Positions 12,898-25,355 of a stretch of 64,000 nucleotides of DNA are shown here, piece by piece. This stretch comes from Phallusia mammillata (Eukaryota). Made by a program: the position numbers and the translations under genes. The DNA lies in the NCBI GenBank assembly GCA_965637545.1, contig OZ281495.1, forward strand, positions 26,784,001 through 26,848,000, in the 5' to 3' direction. Position 1 is the first letter of the stretch. Every line of letters begins with the position of its first letter. Under the pieces are notes generated by a model that was given only the letters and a program-made list of their open reading frames with translations, did not search any database and had not been told where the DNA came from.

Positions 12898-14481
12898 GGC
12901 CACATTGTATGTAGTGCAATCGGACTGTGACCGACTGCATAAGGGTATATGGTTAAATGCACTGACAGGATCGTTTTATTAATTTTCTGACGGCACCCAT
13001 GCCACTGCGTGACTGCTACCGTTTTGTCAGGTGTGTATTCGGCATAATAAGCAGTATTTGCAGAACGTGGCAACCAACGCGAAGTAATTGAGAGTTTAAG
13101 GTGCAGTATTGACAGTTCGAATGGTGAAATCAATCTTCCTAGGTAGCACACACGAAAAACGACAGGAGAATGTAAATGTGCTGCAGAAAGCAGAGATGTG
13201 ATCTCACCAAAAAGAGGTGTAAAAACAAGCACAGCAATATAGAATTACAACAATATTTACTTTTCCATGATAGGTAGATTTATCATCAACAGGATCAAAC
13301 AATGCGTCCTACGTGTGTAATATGTGTTAAAGTGGCAACCCTCAAAACAATTCAAGTGTTTGCCTTCTTTCCCTGACAAAACTGAAACAACACAGGTTGC
13401 TGATCCCATCCCTCTTCAGCTCTTTTGTGTTCGGTTGCAATTTGCTGTGACGTCATAAACCTCTCCACTTAAAATTTGAACCGTGGATAGCCAACCGAAA
13501 TACAGAAGTAGGAGAATTAAATGTGCGCTGAATAATGAAATGTTTGCTGTGAAAATAGGGTTTTAAAATCATTTCTAAAATTGCAACAATTGTCAAACAC
13601 AATGTTCCCTGTGAGGTTTCAAGTGGGTTTACGGTACTGTTATGGTTTTTAGTATGACATAGTTTAACAGGACGATGTAACTACTGTATCCATAAGAGAA
13701 ACGTAACTATTAACTATCAGGCAGCTATAAAATTATTACCTAAATGCGTCATTAAGTTCCGTACTGTATTATTGCAATGTGATAAACATATAAAGGTATG
13801 AATGAATGCATTCTAATTGCAAACTTGTTTAACTTACAGTCATGTAAGTATTGTTAATTCTGACAAACAACCAGACTACTTGAATCCAAGTGGAGCATTT
13901 AACCTGTAGCCTATATATTGAGCTCCAATAAGAGTTGGGAAGAGAAACAGTTGTAAATCATGTTTGCACGCGATTCCAAACCGAAAAACGCACACTAGTG
14001 TGTTTGAGTAACACTTTGGCAGTTGAGTAAGCCTTGTGAAGAAAGCGGCCATGCAAGCGTAGAAGACAAGTCCGAGAAACGCTTTCGAGGAGCTTAAAGC
14101 ACGATCGCAAACAACTTGTCTGTTCTGTTGTTGAACGAGTCTGCTGCAGTATAAGCTTGTAAGAATGCTGGGATAATCAAACAGTGACGCTATTTGACGA
14201 CACGAATTTTGTTTACTGTTAGCTGTGAAATCATTTTATCGCAGTTTTCAACGCTTTCGTGATTAAACCAGGTTATAATAGTTATGGAGTTTTGCTTTGA
14301 AATAAGCTTTGTAACGGACACAGATGTCGCAAAACTCAGCAATATGCTTTTTATAGTTTTAACTTTCAGGAGTTTTCAGTATTTCTGGAAGTTTCATGTA
14401 GAATTATAGAGTTTACGATAATGCAATTAACATTTTTGTTTTGTTTTGTAAACATTTTTGTAACGGCAGACCTTAGGAACC

Positions 14482-17400
14482 ATGGAGACCCTATCTGTTG
14501 CTGATTACGTTGTCTTTGGTCTGACCCTTGGAATTTCAGCAGTCATTGGAATATTTTACGCCATTAAGGATAGAAATGCAACAAGCGGCGATGAATACAT
14601 GATGGGGGGAAGGTAACATGTAATGTTTGACAAGTCACTCACATGTAGCATGAGTTAGATGAAGATTTCAAATACAATAAAAAAATTTGCAATAAGGATC
14701 ACATCATTCGAGTATAAATTGCTAGTGTAAACTTATTTACTATTTGACTGCCAAAATATCAAGTTAATTTGGTTTCCCACCCTCAAAAATAATGCTATTT
14801 TGTCCATCTTTATTCTTTCATGCAAAAGATTGTCATTTAAAACCCTTTGTAGGCAGATGAGCATGGTGCCCGTTTCGCTGTCCCTTTCGGTAAGCTTTAT
14901 GTCGGCGGTCACTGTGCTTGGAACACCCGCAGAGGTTTACCGCTTCGGAACAATGTACTGGTGGTAAGTGGCTCTTGTCGGGAAGTATTTCGAATATTTT
15001 CTAGTTGCCAATTTACTACTAGGGTGCAACAGTTTTCGTGGCAGAAGAATTTTCAGAGAAACAAATTTTTCGAGTGCCCAAATACTAACAGCAGTTTTTA
15101 AGTGACAATACCTACAAACTTTCAGAACAAAATTAGTGAAAGTTGATGTTGATTTTCCATTGCAGTATTTGATATTTCAACCCATCGTTGAAAACCGTTG
15201 TATCGAACTCGTTGTTTCGTGCATACTTAGGCTAAGGTAGCGTTACAGTTACCATGTGGAACGTTAAAGTAGTTAAGTTTAGGAGTCGTTAATGGCTTTT
15301 CGAAACCGGCTGTCAATGACCCCATTAAAACGCAATGTTTGGCGAAATTGTTTAAAGAAGTTTCAATAATGCCTACTGCGCAAGGACAACATAAATACAA
15401 ACTGCCATCAATATGACATGTTTAGTCAATCATTTTTTTAATGAATTTGCCAACTTTTGTTGTTTTTGTATTTGCTGAAATAACTGACCGTATTTATTTG
15501 AGTTTAACAGTCAAAAATTTAACTCATTTTTGTCAAAAATTAAGGTTGATTAATTACCTTTCAAGAAACTAGGTAATTCCGTTTTACAACCATTACTTGA
15601 CAGCTCATGTTAGGTGGGTGTTGTGTAAAACGTTACTGCAACATATAAATAAGTAAATAAACTGCGTTGCCTAAGGTCAGAAAACTCCGCGAAACCATGC
15701 ACCCAAATCTTTTGCAAACAAGTAAATAAAAAAACGCCGACTAAGCAGAAGCTCAGATGACAGAAAAACAGCATAGTTGTATTTGTGCGGAAAAGGTAGT
15801 AAAAATTTACGACTTTTACAAATATTATTTTAGGTCATTAAACGTGTTGAGGCGTTTCATGTTTGAGGTATTATAGTCATGCTAAAGTCGTTGTAAAATG
15901 AAGACTCAATATACGAATGTTCATTTCGTCCTAACGTGTCAGTCGGTTGCTTTAATTTTTCAATATACCCCCATTTTGATAATGCATGACTTTGTTGTGT
16001 TCTTAGTCTTTTTTTATGAGTCACGGGTTCTTCGAATCGCATTTGACGTCATTGCAATATTTAATAGCGTCAGAAACCAATATTTGCTTCACAGGTTTCT
16101 CCTCGCGATGTTGTTGGTCGCCATTATAACAGCGGAAATATTTATTCCTGTGTTTTACCGTCTGGGAATCTCGAGCACTTATGAGGTAATTATCATATAT
16201 ATGTTACTCTCTGCACCTCCTTGTGCCTGAAACTATCTAAGTGAAAAATTTCATCAGTGTTTTTTTCACATGTGGAATTCAGCTAGTAATTACATACCTG
16301 TTGAGGGGTCTTCCCAGTAGTAAACCACCAGCAAAAACGTTACGTAGCATAATATATCTTGTGTATACATCCATAATAATAATTTGTGTGCATCTCAGTG
16401 TTAAAGTTTTCTAAAATACTAATCTTATTCCTTTCATATCCATTTTATTTTTACGAAATAGCGCTAAACCACACATCGTCACAAAGTTTACCAAAAGTAA
16501 CCTATATTCCATATATTTGTTACAGTATCTTGAGAGGAGGTTTAATCGAGTGGTACGGGCGTTAGGAACAATTACTTTTGTGTTGGAAAACGTCTTGTAC
16601 GGTGGAATAGTTATGTATGCTCCAGCGCTTGCTCTAAATCAAGGTGCGATCCCAAATTTCGTAGATTTAACTTTTTTTAATCTAGCAAACTTTGTATTTA
16701 ACCCACAACGTCTTTACAGTGACCGGATTGGATCTGTGGACAGCTGTTATCACAACGGGAGTAGTATGCACGTTCTACACCACTTTGGTAATTACCGGCA
16801 ACTTTGTAAACTTAAAATTTGCTTCTAGATATTTTCGGTCATTTTCAAGTGCACTGTTAGTTTGTAAACGTCCCTATGCAAAACTATTGGGAAACACCAA
16901 ATTTCGAATTAGTTTGCCAGGTGATGTCAAAAAGACACTTTAATGACTAAACACAACTACGTTTTTATAATGTCTCCACCTTAGCCGAAACCAGTGGTTC
17001 TACATAATGTGACTTACCCAAATCGGTACTACTCTAGGAAAAGCAAAAGCAGTTATGCTAAATCGCAACTGAAACCAAACAAGATAAAGCTAAATTTTAT
17101 GTAACGTGGTATTGAAATTTTTTATAGGGACCATGAGTGGTTGTAGTCTAAGCCGAAAACATGTTTTGATCGTATAACACGATGTTTTGCAGGGAGGCCT
17201 AAAGGCGGTTATATGGACAGATGTGTTCCAGGCTGTAATTATGCTCGCTGGATTTCTGGCAGTAACCATAAAGGGTTCAATTGAAGTTGGAGGCCTGGAC
17301 AAAGCCTGGCAGATTTGTGAAGAAAACGGAAGGATTGATTTCATCCAGTAAGTGTGATAACTCACTTGCTTTGGCGCGATTGATGATCAACAGTCAACAC

Positions 17401-20400
17401 CAGTTTTTGACTGTATTTTGGAACATTGGTGTTGATTTTGTTTCAGTTGAGGCATTTCAAGGCAACTTCTTTTTACGTATGCCAGGCAAACCAACATACT
17501 GAAATATTTTCCAAAAACATGTCAAAAAGATTTATTATGTCCAACGTACTGGAGTGCCGAAAGGTGCCATGAGCTTATCCAGCAGATCTGTTGTCACCAG
17601 CTGCACTAATGGGACCTCGTAGGACAGTGGTTATCAACTGGTTGTTCATGGACCAGTTGTCCATGATGACTTTTTGGGTGGTCCACAGGACCTCCACTAG
17701 ATATGTTGATAAACTAGAGATGATTGCATATAATGCATTGAAAGAGCTTTAAAATGTTGGCTGTTAATAATTGTATCTCACTCCTTGAAAATCGATTTTA
17801 AAGAATTATGTTTCAAGCCCAAATGGTTGTTTCGTTCGCGTACTTTTATCGTGCTCCAAAAAGAAATGGTCCACGGTATTATTTTTCTGGGCCAGTGGTC
17901 CATGGCCCGAAACAAGTTGAGAACCTTTGTCGTCGGACGAAACAATATGCCTTGTTTTTAGCTTATGTGGGAAATAATTTTATCAAGCAAAAACAAAAAA
18001 TAACAGCATCTACCAAACGTAAAGAAGCAGTGGAAAAATTGAATGACGGTGATTCAAACTATCAAAAAGTTTCATTTTCACGCAGGCAGCTTTACAAGTG
18101 CAAATTCTCCGTAAAATGGAATATTGCGTAAAGACTATATGCCCGGCACTCGAAATTTATTGATAAAGTGTGCTCTGTATGTTTGCAGGCAAACGCTAAA
18201 ACAAAGACAGACCTGCGAAATCCCCATTACAAAGCTAACATGTTACTTTTACTGATTGTTTGCTTTTGTTCACGCAGCTTTGAACCAGATCCGAGAATTC
18301 GACACACATTTTGGACGATTGTTGTCGGTGGTACGTTTCTGTGGTTGGGAGTTTACGGTGTCAGTCAGTCCATGGTCCAACGGTACCTTGCCTGCAAATC
18401 TGAACGACAAGCCAAAGGGTATAAAACTAAATAATAAATCCAAACATTTAAACATAGGTGTGGTGCGTTTACGTTTAATTTCTTTGTGAAGCACTTTTTA
18501 TTGCGTTATGTCTCATCCATGTTATAACTTGATTCGTCTTCCTAGAAACCGATTTTTATAGCGCACACATATTTGTGGATATCAAAAACATCATTTCAAG
18601 CTTGTTTGACAAGATTGGAACGTACAGATATGTACATTATCCATACCATTGCCTCATACTGTATATTGCTTGAATAGGACAAATCCAGATTATACATGAT
18701 TTGTCAACAAAAATCACTCATACCGTCCCAGCATATACAACATATGCAAAGGTTTTTTGGAAATTAGTTTAAATTTAACGCTTTTTTATCGCGATACGAC
18801 ACAATCAAAAGAAATCAGGCGAAAACTAAATGTGTGGCAAAACAAAAAGATAAAACTGTTCCATCTCCAGTAAAAAATGACTAATGATCACAAAGTATGT
18901 TGATTAATTATTTGTATACTTTCAGAGCACTGTTTCTAAACTGGCTTGGATTGGTGATCATCATCAGCTTGTGTTGTCTCAATGGTGCAATTATGTACGC
19001 TTACTACCACGGATGCGATCCCCTAGATGCGGGAGCTGTGATGGCACCTGATCAGGTAAAAACAAGTTTCGGTTGACCGGAACATTTCAACCGGAAATGT
19101 CGCTTTTGGTGGTTAAAGCCGTTGTGGCAGGTTTAAACTATACATAGTTTGTAAGGCCGAGCCAAGCTGTCAAAACAAAGTCAAAAATGTTACAACCAAA
19201 CCAACTAAAACGTAATTTGGGTATATAGGTCTAAACACGCTGGTTTTACCAGTGCACTATTCCACTGTTGCTGACAATTGTTTTTCGTGAACCGTTGAGT
19301 ATGAAATATAAAAGCGTCCCACGCTTCATAAATATTCATCTTATTCTAAGTTTGGTTTTGTACAGTTTTGTACATTTATAAAAGGTGTTTACGGTACCTT
19401 AACTGTTTTACTTGCATTTTCGATATAGGTTACACTCCAATTCAAAAAATTTTTTACAATAGAATTTGTATGGTTGACGTTTTGGTGGGGTATTCCAATT
19501 AGGCCAGAATCCTTTGGGTAACGTATGTAACTGTGTAAAAACAGGGACAATTAACTTCCTCACGTTTAGTTTGTGAAGATTTTTAGCTATGTGGGTTACC
19601 AAAAATGTTTCTTTTGTCTTAGTTGTTGCCGTATTTTTCTCTTGCAATATTTAAAGACAACCCAGGAACAACAGGATTAGTTGTTTCTTGTGTCTTCTCG
19701 GGAAGTCTCAGGTATTTTGCTTGTAATTTTTTTTTTCGGTTGTTAAACATTTTTAAAAAAATATTCAAACCAGGTAGAAATGTATTGAGCCTAAAAACGC
19801 TTTAAAGCTTCTTCTTCAGCAAAAATAAAAAATCTTGAACATAAATTTATTCACATCTTTCCAAAAACGAAGGTATGGCAAAAGTTGAAAGATGTGTTGC
19901 GTAGCTTAGGGACACTTAAAAAAACAGTTGTGGCATATCCAGTGGTGGGATTCAGCAGGTTTGCACCGGTTCTATAGAACCGTCTTACGAAATTTTATGA
20001 GATCAGCGAACCGGTTAGCATTACTGGTTACTGTCAATGGATTTTTGTAACAGAGCCGGCTAAAAAAATAACTTTTGTGATAGAACCGACTGACAAAAAT
20101 TTTAAATCCCACCACCGGGCATATATGTAAAAAAGTTATTACGGTCACACAAAAAGTGCGGTTTGATGTTTTTTTTATCTGTACTAACATAAATCATGTG
20201 TGTTTTGTATTGCAGCACCGTATCTTCGGGAATCAACGCAATGTCGTGTGTAACCGTGGAGGACTTTATTAAACCTGTGACAAGCTGGAAGGAGAGACAT
20301 TACACTTGGGCGTCAAAGAGTAAGTTGGTATTTAAGTATAATACCTCAGTTACATCTAATCATCAGTCGGTTACAATTTGAACAAAGGACAATCATCTAC

Positions 20401-23400
20401 AAAATTCACGTGTTGCTCGGTTTCAAATATATCATCAAAAACAAATGATCGTAGGCTACAGTTTGTAAAATATTGGAGTTCTGCAAAGATACGCAGCAGC
20501 AGTAAACAATTTATGTCCAAAATTTAACAATACAATGTCATGCTAAAATTCCGTTGACTAAATACTATTATCGGAAACGACTTAAACCCCGCTTGGGGGT
20601 TGAACTATATTTAAAACTTCACTTGATCTTTGGGTTACGTTGACTTTATGTACTCTTTGAAACTTTTAAGGCGTGTTTTTTTACTGGTCGTTAAACTTGT
20701 GACTTTTGTGACTGTCACGCCTTGACTATAAAATTCACAAATTAAAAGCCTTCAATCGCTTCAAGAATGTTCATTGAAATGAGTATTTAACAAACTTCGT
20801 ACAAACACAGCAAGGCAACTACTGTGCACATTTGAAACATTATTTTTTCAAAAACTGTAATTTAACTACTTTGTTACTTCGTTTTATTCAACTTTTTCTA
20901 TTTTATACTGACTTAATTTGATTTAAGTTGCTGTGATCGTCTACGGTGGATTGTGCCTGGCAATGGCCTATCTCGCGTCACAGCTAGGTGGCGTCCTTGA
21001 GGCTGCTCTTAGTATTCTCGGATTGGTCGGTGGCCCGCTCATTGGATTATTTACACTTGGCATGTTCTTCAACTTTGCAAACTCGCTGGTAAGATATGAA
21101 ATCACATAAACATCACAATCAGTTAAGACATAGATGAATAGCTGACATCGACCCTGAAGTTTCGATTTTTTTCTAGCCTACGGCTTGTCATATGGTGGTG
21201 AATGCTTGGTGACCGGCTGATTTGGTATCACGCCTTTAATGGGTCTGGCGTACCACAATTTCATAAACATCATATTTACGATTTCGTATCTGCAGATTAG
21301 TTATTATGATTTCTATGTAAGAAATAACTAAAATCGACTATTTATTGTTTACTTTCTTGTCAGGGAGCGGGAGTGGGACTGGTACTTGGTTTGACAATGT
21401 CATGTTGGGTTTACATCGGCAGCGAATTACTTTCCGATGAGATTGCAGCAGCTGGAAACAGCTTTTCTCGCATTCTTCCTCGCTATTACAACGAAACATT
21501 TTGTGTAAGCACATAGCTTGAGTTATTTTTAAACACAAAAGTTGGATGCCCTGTTCCTGAAACACTGATGCACAAATCACATAAGTGTTATTCTGATGAA
21601 AGTTAACTGTTTATTTAAATTAAACTAACCAAACATTCCAATATTTGATATAAGTTTTAACACTTGAAAAAACTGCTTTTTTAAAAAAACTGTCCAACAA
21701 ACAACAGTTTACCCAGTATCTGCTTTGTAGGCCTAAAACCATAACACACTTTGATTAGTATATACCTTGTAACCTGAGACTTGTCGTTTTTCTGTTGTAG
21801 AAATAGTTTGTTTTTCTAGTTTTTATCCGGCAAAAACTTGATATTGGCCGTTTTCAGAATCTCACGGCTCCGACCACATTGCCAATGACTACAACACCTA
21901 TGACCACAACGCCGATAGCAACCACTGCTGAGCCAATGACAGGGGGAGTATTGGATTTGTATTCAATCTCGTATGTATACTACAGCTGTATTGGTTTTGC
22001 TGCCACCCTATTCACAGGCCTCATTATCAGTCTTCTGACATGTAAGTAAATTGAAACACAAACTCTTACTGTAGAGTTCTTTATCAACAGATGAGCAGAA
22101 TAATTCTGATACAGTTTGATGTGTGTAAAGTAGAATTCGCAGCTGTTTATTTGGTAAAGCGGTACATGCAGAGGCTAGTAAAGGTAGCAAGTAATAAAAA
22201 CTAAAAGTTATCAAAAATGAGACATTTTGGTCAATTATAGAAACGCTTTGAACACGTTGTTGTGTGACTTTCGGCTTAACCTGTATAAGTTTAGCTACAC
22301 TTTCTACTTTTAACTTTTAAAATGACCAAAATATTATCCATGTCCCTGATTGCCCTAATGGAATCAGACATAATCGTTCGTTTACACGGGAATGATTTGG
22401 TTTAGACCAGGGGTTCCCAACCGGTGGTACGCGTACCACTGGTGGTACGCGAAGGGTTTTCAGGTGGTACGCGAGTAGCTTCTGTTTTGTTCACAAAAAC
22501 CTCAATTTGCAACTTTATATTTTGTTTGTCTGGTTTTGTTTACAAAAAAACAGTCCCCAGACCTATTGTCATTGTTACGTAACTATTCCTGTTGTTTCGT
22601 ATCATTACGATCTTCAAAATACAGGTCATGTCAATTCTCAACAAAAAGCATAGTTGCTGCTTGCTATGAAAAGCCGAACAACGCTGCGGCACAGTGGGCG
22701 TTAATTATGTCAAATGATTGCTCTTGATAGATATATCTACTGTTTTGGTGCTTAAGATAGCGTTGAATGAAATATGATTCAAACAAATTAGTTGTTCTGC
22801 AAGAAGTGGTACCATAGAGCAGGGGCCCGCAAATACTTTTTGACGCGACCCTAAAAATTGCTCTAAATTCTCGCGACCCAAGCATTTTGTTAGCATGTAA
22901 GTTTGTGGAAAATACTAAACAACTAAATATCAATGTTAAGACTAGGATTATGCTATTGTTAGTTGATATTTTCACATAAAACAGTAGGTAAACGAACGTA
23001 TTTATTCTAACAAATAAGAACCGCATGCTTGCACAGGTGCGCTTATCTTGTTGCATTGTTACATAGACTGTATGTAACAGTTACGTAGTCATACGTAACT
23101 ATGTAAAAATTAATCAAAAGGTCGGAAAAAGCCGAAGTTCATTAATACTGTAGATGCGACGCTTATATTCATGGTAAATAAAATATTTCGCGACCCAGAC
23201 TGGAAGGTCTCGCGACCCAAATTTGGGTCGCGACCCACTATTTGCGGACCCCTGCCATAGAGCACTGTAGAGCACATTAGTGCTCTATGGTGGTACGCGT
23301 GGCAGTGCAGAGCGTCCAGGTGGTACGGTATCGTAAAAAGGTTGGGAACCCCTGGTTTAGACAGTACACACGGCATGTTTCGACCCATAAGGTCTCAGTG

Positions 23401-24449
23401 CGGTTGGTGACGAGAGATCGGGCATCGAACGGCACTCCAGTTTAAAGGCTGCACTAGCCAATACGGCCGATCTCTCGTCACTAGCTGCACTGATGAGACC
23501 TTATAGGTCGAAACAGTGTGCAATGTCTGCAGCTTATTATTTATTGGCTCGATGGTTTTTAATGAAAATGAATTGCTTTAAAAACTTGATGCAAATAATG
23601 CTATTTTCAGAAAAAGTATTGTGATGTAATTGTGTTCCTATGATCTTATACCAACCAAAACAAACGCAAGTCAACTCAATGGTCCAAATTTTAAATTCAT
23701 TAGGTGGATGGAGGAATCGTCGCGAAGTTGACTCCAGGCTTTTATATTTCTTTTTTGACCACTGGATTTTCTGTTGGATTCCTGAGCGTTACAAGGCATG
23801 GACTAGACTGGGTTCGGACCCGGTTGACCCGCAGATGTACAAAGAAAACAAAGAAGGCGGTGATTTGGAAACATCCACGTCAACGACTTCTGTATTTAAA
23901 GATAAACTAAAGGAAAGCGAAATGATGGACAACGGAGTAAGTATGCGTATGGTGAGATTTTCAAATATTGCATTTGTGACAAAACTTACATTCTGATATG
24001 ATTAGGTTTTCTCAAAACTAATGGAAATGGACAAATAAGCTAAGAATAGACACACACATCAAAATATGTAATCTAATATACGATCGCAGCGAGCAAATGC
24101 ATTAAAAAACCGTATAGAAATACACCAACAGCTATGAACTAAAATGCGCCTGAGAATGCTAAATTCCATTAACTTTCTAAAAAAACAATTCATAATTTTA
24201 CGTGTGTTGTATCAGTGTATTAAAATGTTTAAAAGCTGTCCTTTTGTTGAAAACTGCAAAACAAAACCTTAGTTTAAAACGATCTTGATATTTCAGATCA
24301 CTAACATCAGTTTCATTCCGATTGATTCCACATTTTCCGAACCTGCTCCAAAGTATCCTTCCACCAGCGGCAGCGAATCCAGTTCGTCTACTCCTTCTCC
24401 GCCATATATTGAGGACGACGGCCTAGAAATGCAAGCTACTGTCATGTGA
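14482..24449 (+). CDS. Sodium:solute symporter, SLC5A8/SLC5A12/SLC5A6/NIS subfamily; exons 14482-14612, 14853-14963, 16095-16185, 16526-16643, 16720-16787, 17193-17347, 18278-18418, 18926-19055, 19623-19711, 20216-20319, 20928-21088, 21364-21504, 21858-22041, 23704-23936, 24297-24449
   Basis: Motifs [101 protein letters not shown]. Canonical splice sites with consistent phases. Orthology within the subfamily is not resolvable by eye. Confidence 0.93.
17625..17929. mobile_element. hAT-type MITE
   Basis: CAGTGGTTATCAAC / GTTGAGAACCTTTG termini; TSD TCGTAGGA/TCGTCGGA. Confidence 0.75.
19940..20117. mobile_element. hAT-type MITE (CAGTGGTGGGATT family)
   Basis: TIRs CAGTGGTGGGATT / AATCCCACCACCG; internal GAACCG repeats; TSD GGCATATC/GGCATATA. 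Confidence 0.82.
21164..21253 (+). mobile_element. Internal fragment of the tRNA-derived SINE
   Basis: Matches 62110-62197 (TTTTTCTAGCCTACG..GGTGAATGCTTGGTGACCGGCTGAT..CTGGCGTAC). Confidence 0.8.
22408..23354. mobile_element. hAT MITE (CAGGGGTTCCCAACC family) carrying nested insertions
   Basis: TIRs CAGGGGTTCCCAACC/GGTTGGGAACCCCTG; perfect TSD GTTTAGAC. An uninterrupted relative lies at 43847-44137. Confidence 0.9.
22820..23254. mobile_element. Nested hAT MITE (GCGACCC family)
   Basis: TIRs CAGGGGCCCGCAAATA/TATTTGCGGACCCCTG; perfect TSD CCATAGAG. Confidence 0.9.
23483..23534 (+). ncRNA. Type I hammerhead ribozyme, predicted cleavage after C23527
   Basis: AGCTGCA-CTGATGA-GACC(TTATA)GGTC-GAA-ACA(GTGTGCAA)TGT-C|TGCAGCT. 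Core CUGAUGA/GAAA/UH is intact; stem I 7 bp, stem II 4 bp, stem III 3 bp. Confidence 0.88.
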
Positions 24450-25355
24450 CCCAAAACAAGCACTCAATTTGAGTTCGCTTTTTTATCGAAAAGATCCTGA
24501 GACGCTTACTTTCACAACTGCTTCTTGTTTATACATTCCTGTACAGTCTATGCACCCTTCTAAGCCGTTTCTATATTGCAACACACACTGTACAGTTGCC
24601 TTCTCTGCGAAAAAAACAACAAATAGCTTAGAGAATACTCAGATGGTCTTCTCGCAAATGTTCCGCTAGTGACGATTTGAATTTGCTTTTTTTTTTAAAT
24701 AAGTCTGCTGACGACCGCTTTTTGACCCGCTTTTAGCAAAGAAACCACTTTGGAATAAAAATATTTGTCTTGAAATAAACTGCGCTGTAACGAATTGTAG
24801 AGAAGTTAAACTGCAAAGCACAAACAAGAGTAGTAAAAAAGCAGTAAAAACCTCTTTGATGTGGAATGTGTTTTTTGGACCCTTTTTTAAAAAAGAAAAA
24901 AGGCATTGGTGGTGGCCATCATTTTGGCAATTTCCCAGTCAATGTTGTTAGCTTTTCTCGTTTGAAATATGGTCAAACGGCTAAATCTTTACGAGCTGCA
25001 CACAAAACCATTTTTTTCGCAATAGCAGTTTTTCATTGCTTTAGAAAAAGGCAGTGCAAGCCGTAACATCGCGTTGAGGAAATAGTCACACTCGGCTAAA
25101 CAGGCAGTTATTTACTGGTTGTATACGTGATTGCAATGTGCAAACAGTAAACAGACTTCGCCGTTGAAATTCAGCAACAGTGTTCTGTGATAAGGTTACA
25201 GACAGATATGGTCGCACAGCTTTAAGTTGGAAACAAATTTAAAATAAGTTACTGATGATTTTAGGGCTGGTGTTCAAAAGACTAAGATTTTTACTTTACA
25301 ACAATTCTGTTTTAGAGCCCTTTTGCCAGACAGCAAACTTCAATAGGTTAAGATC

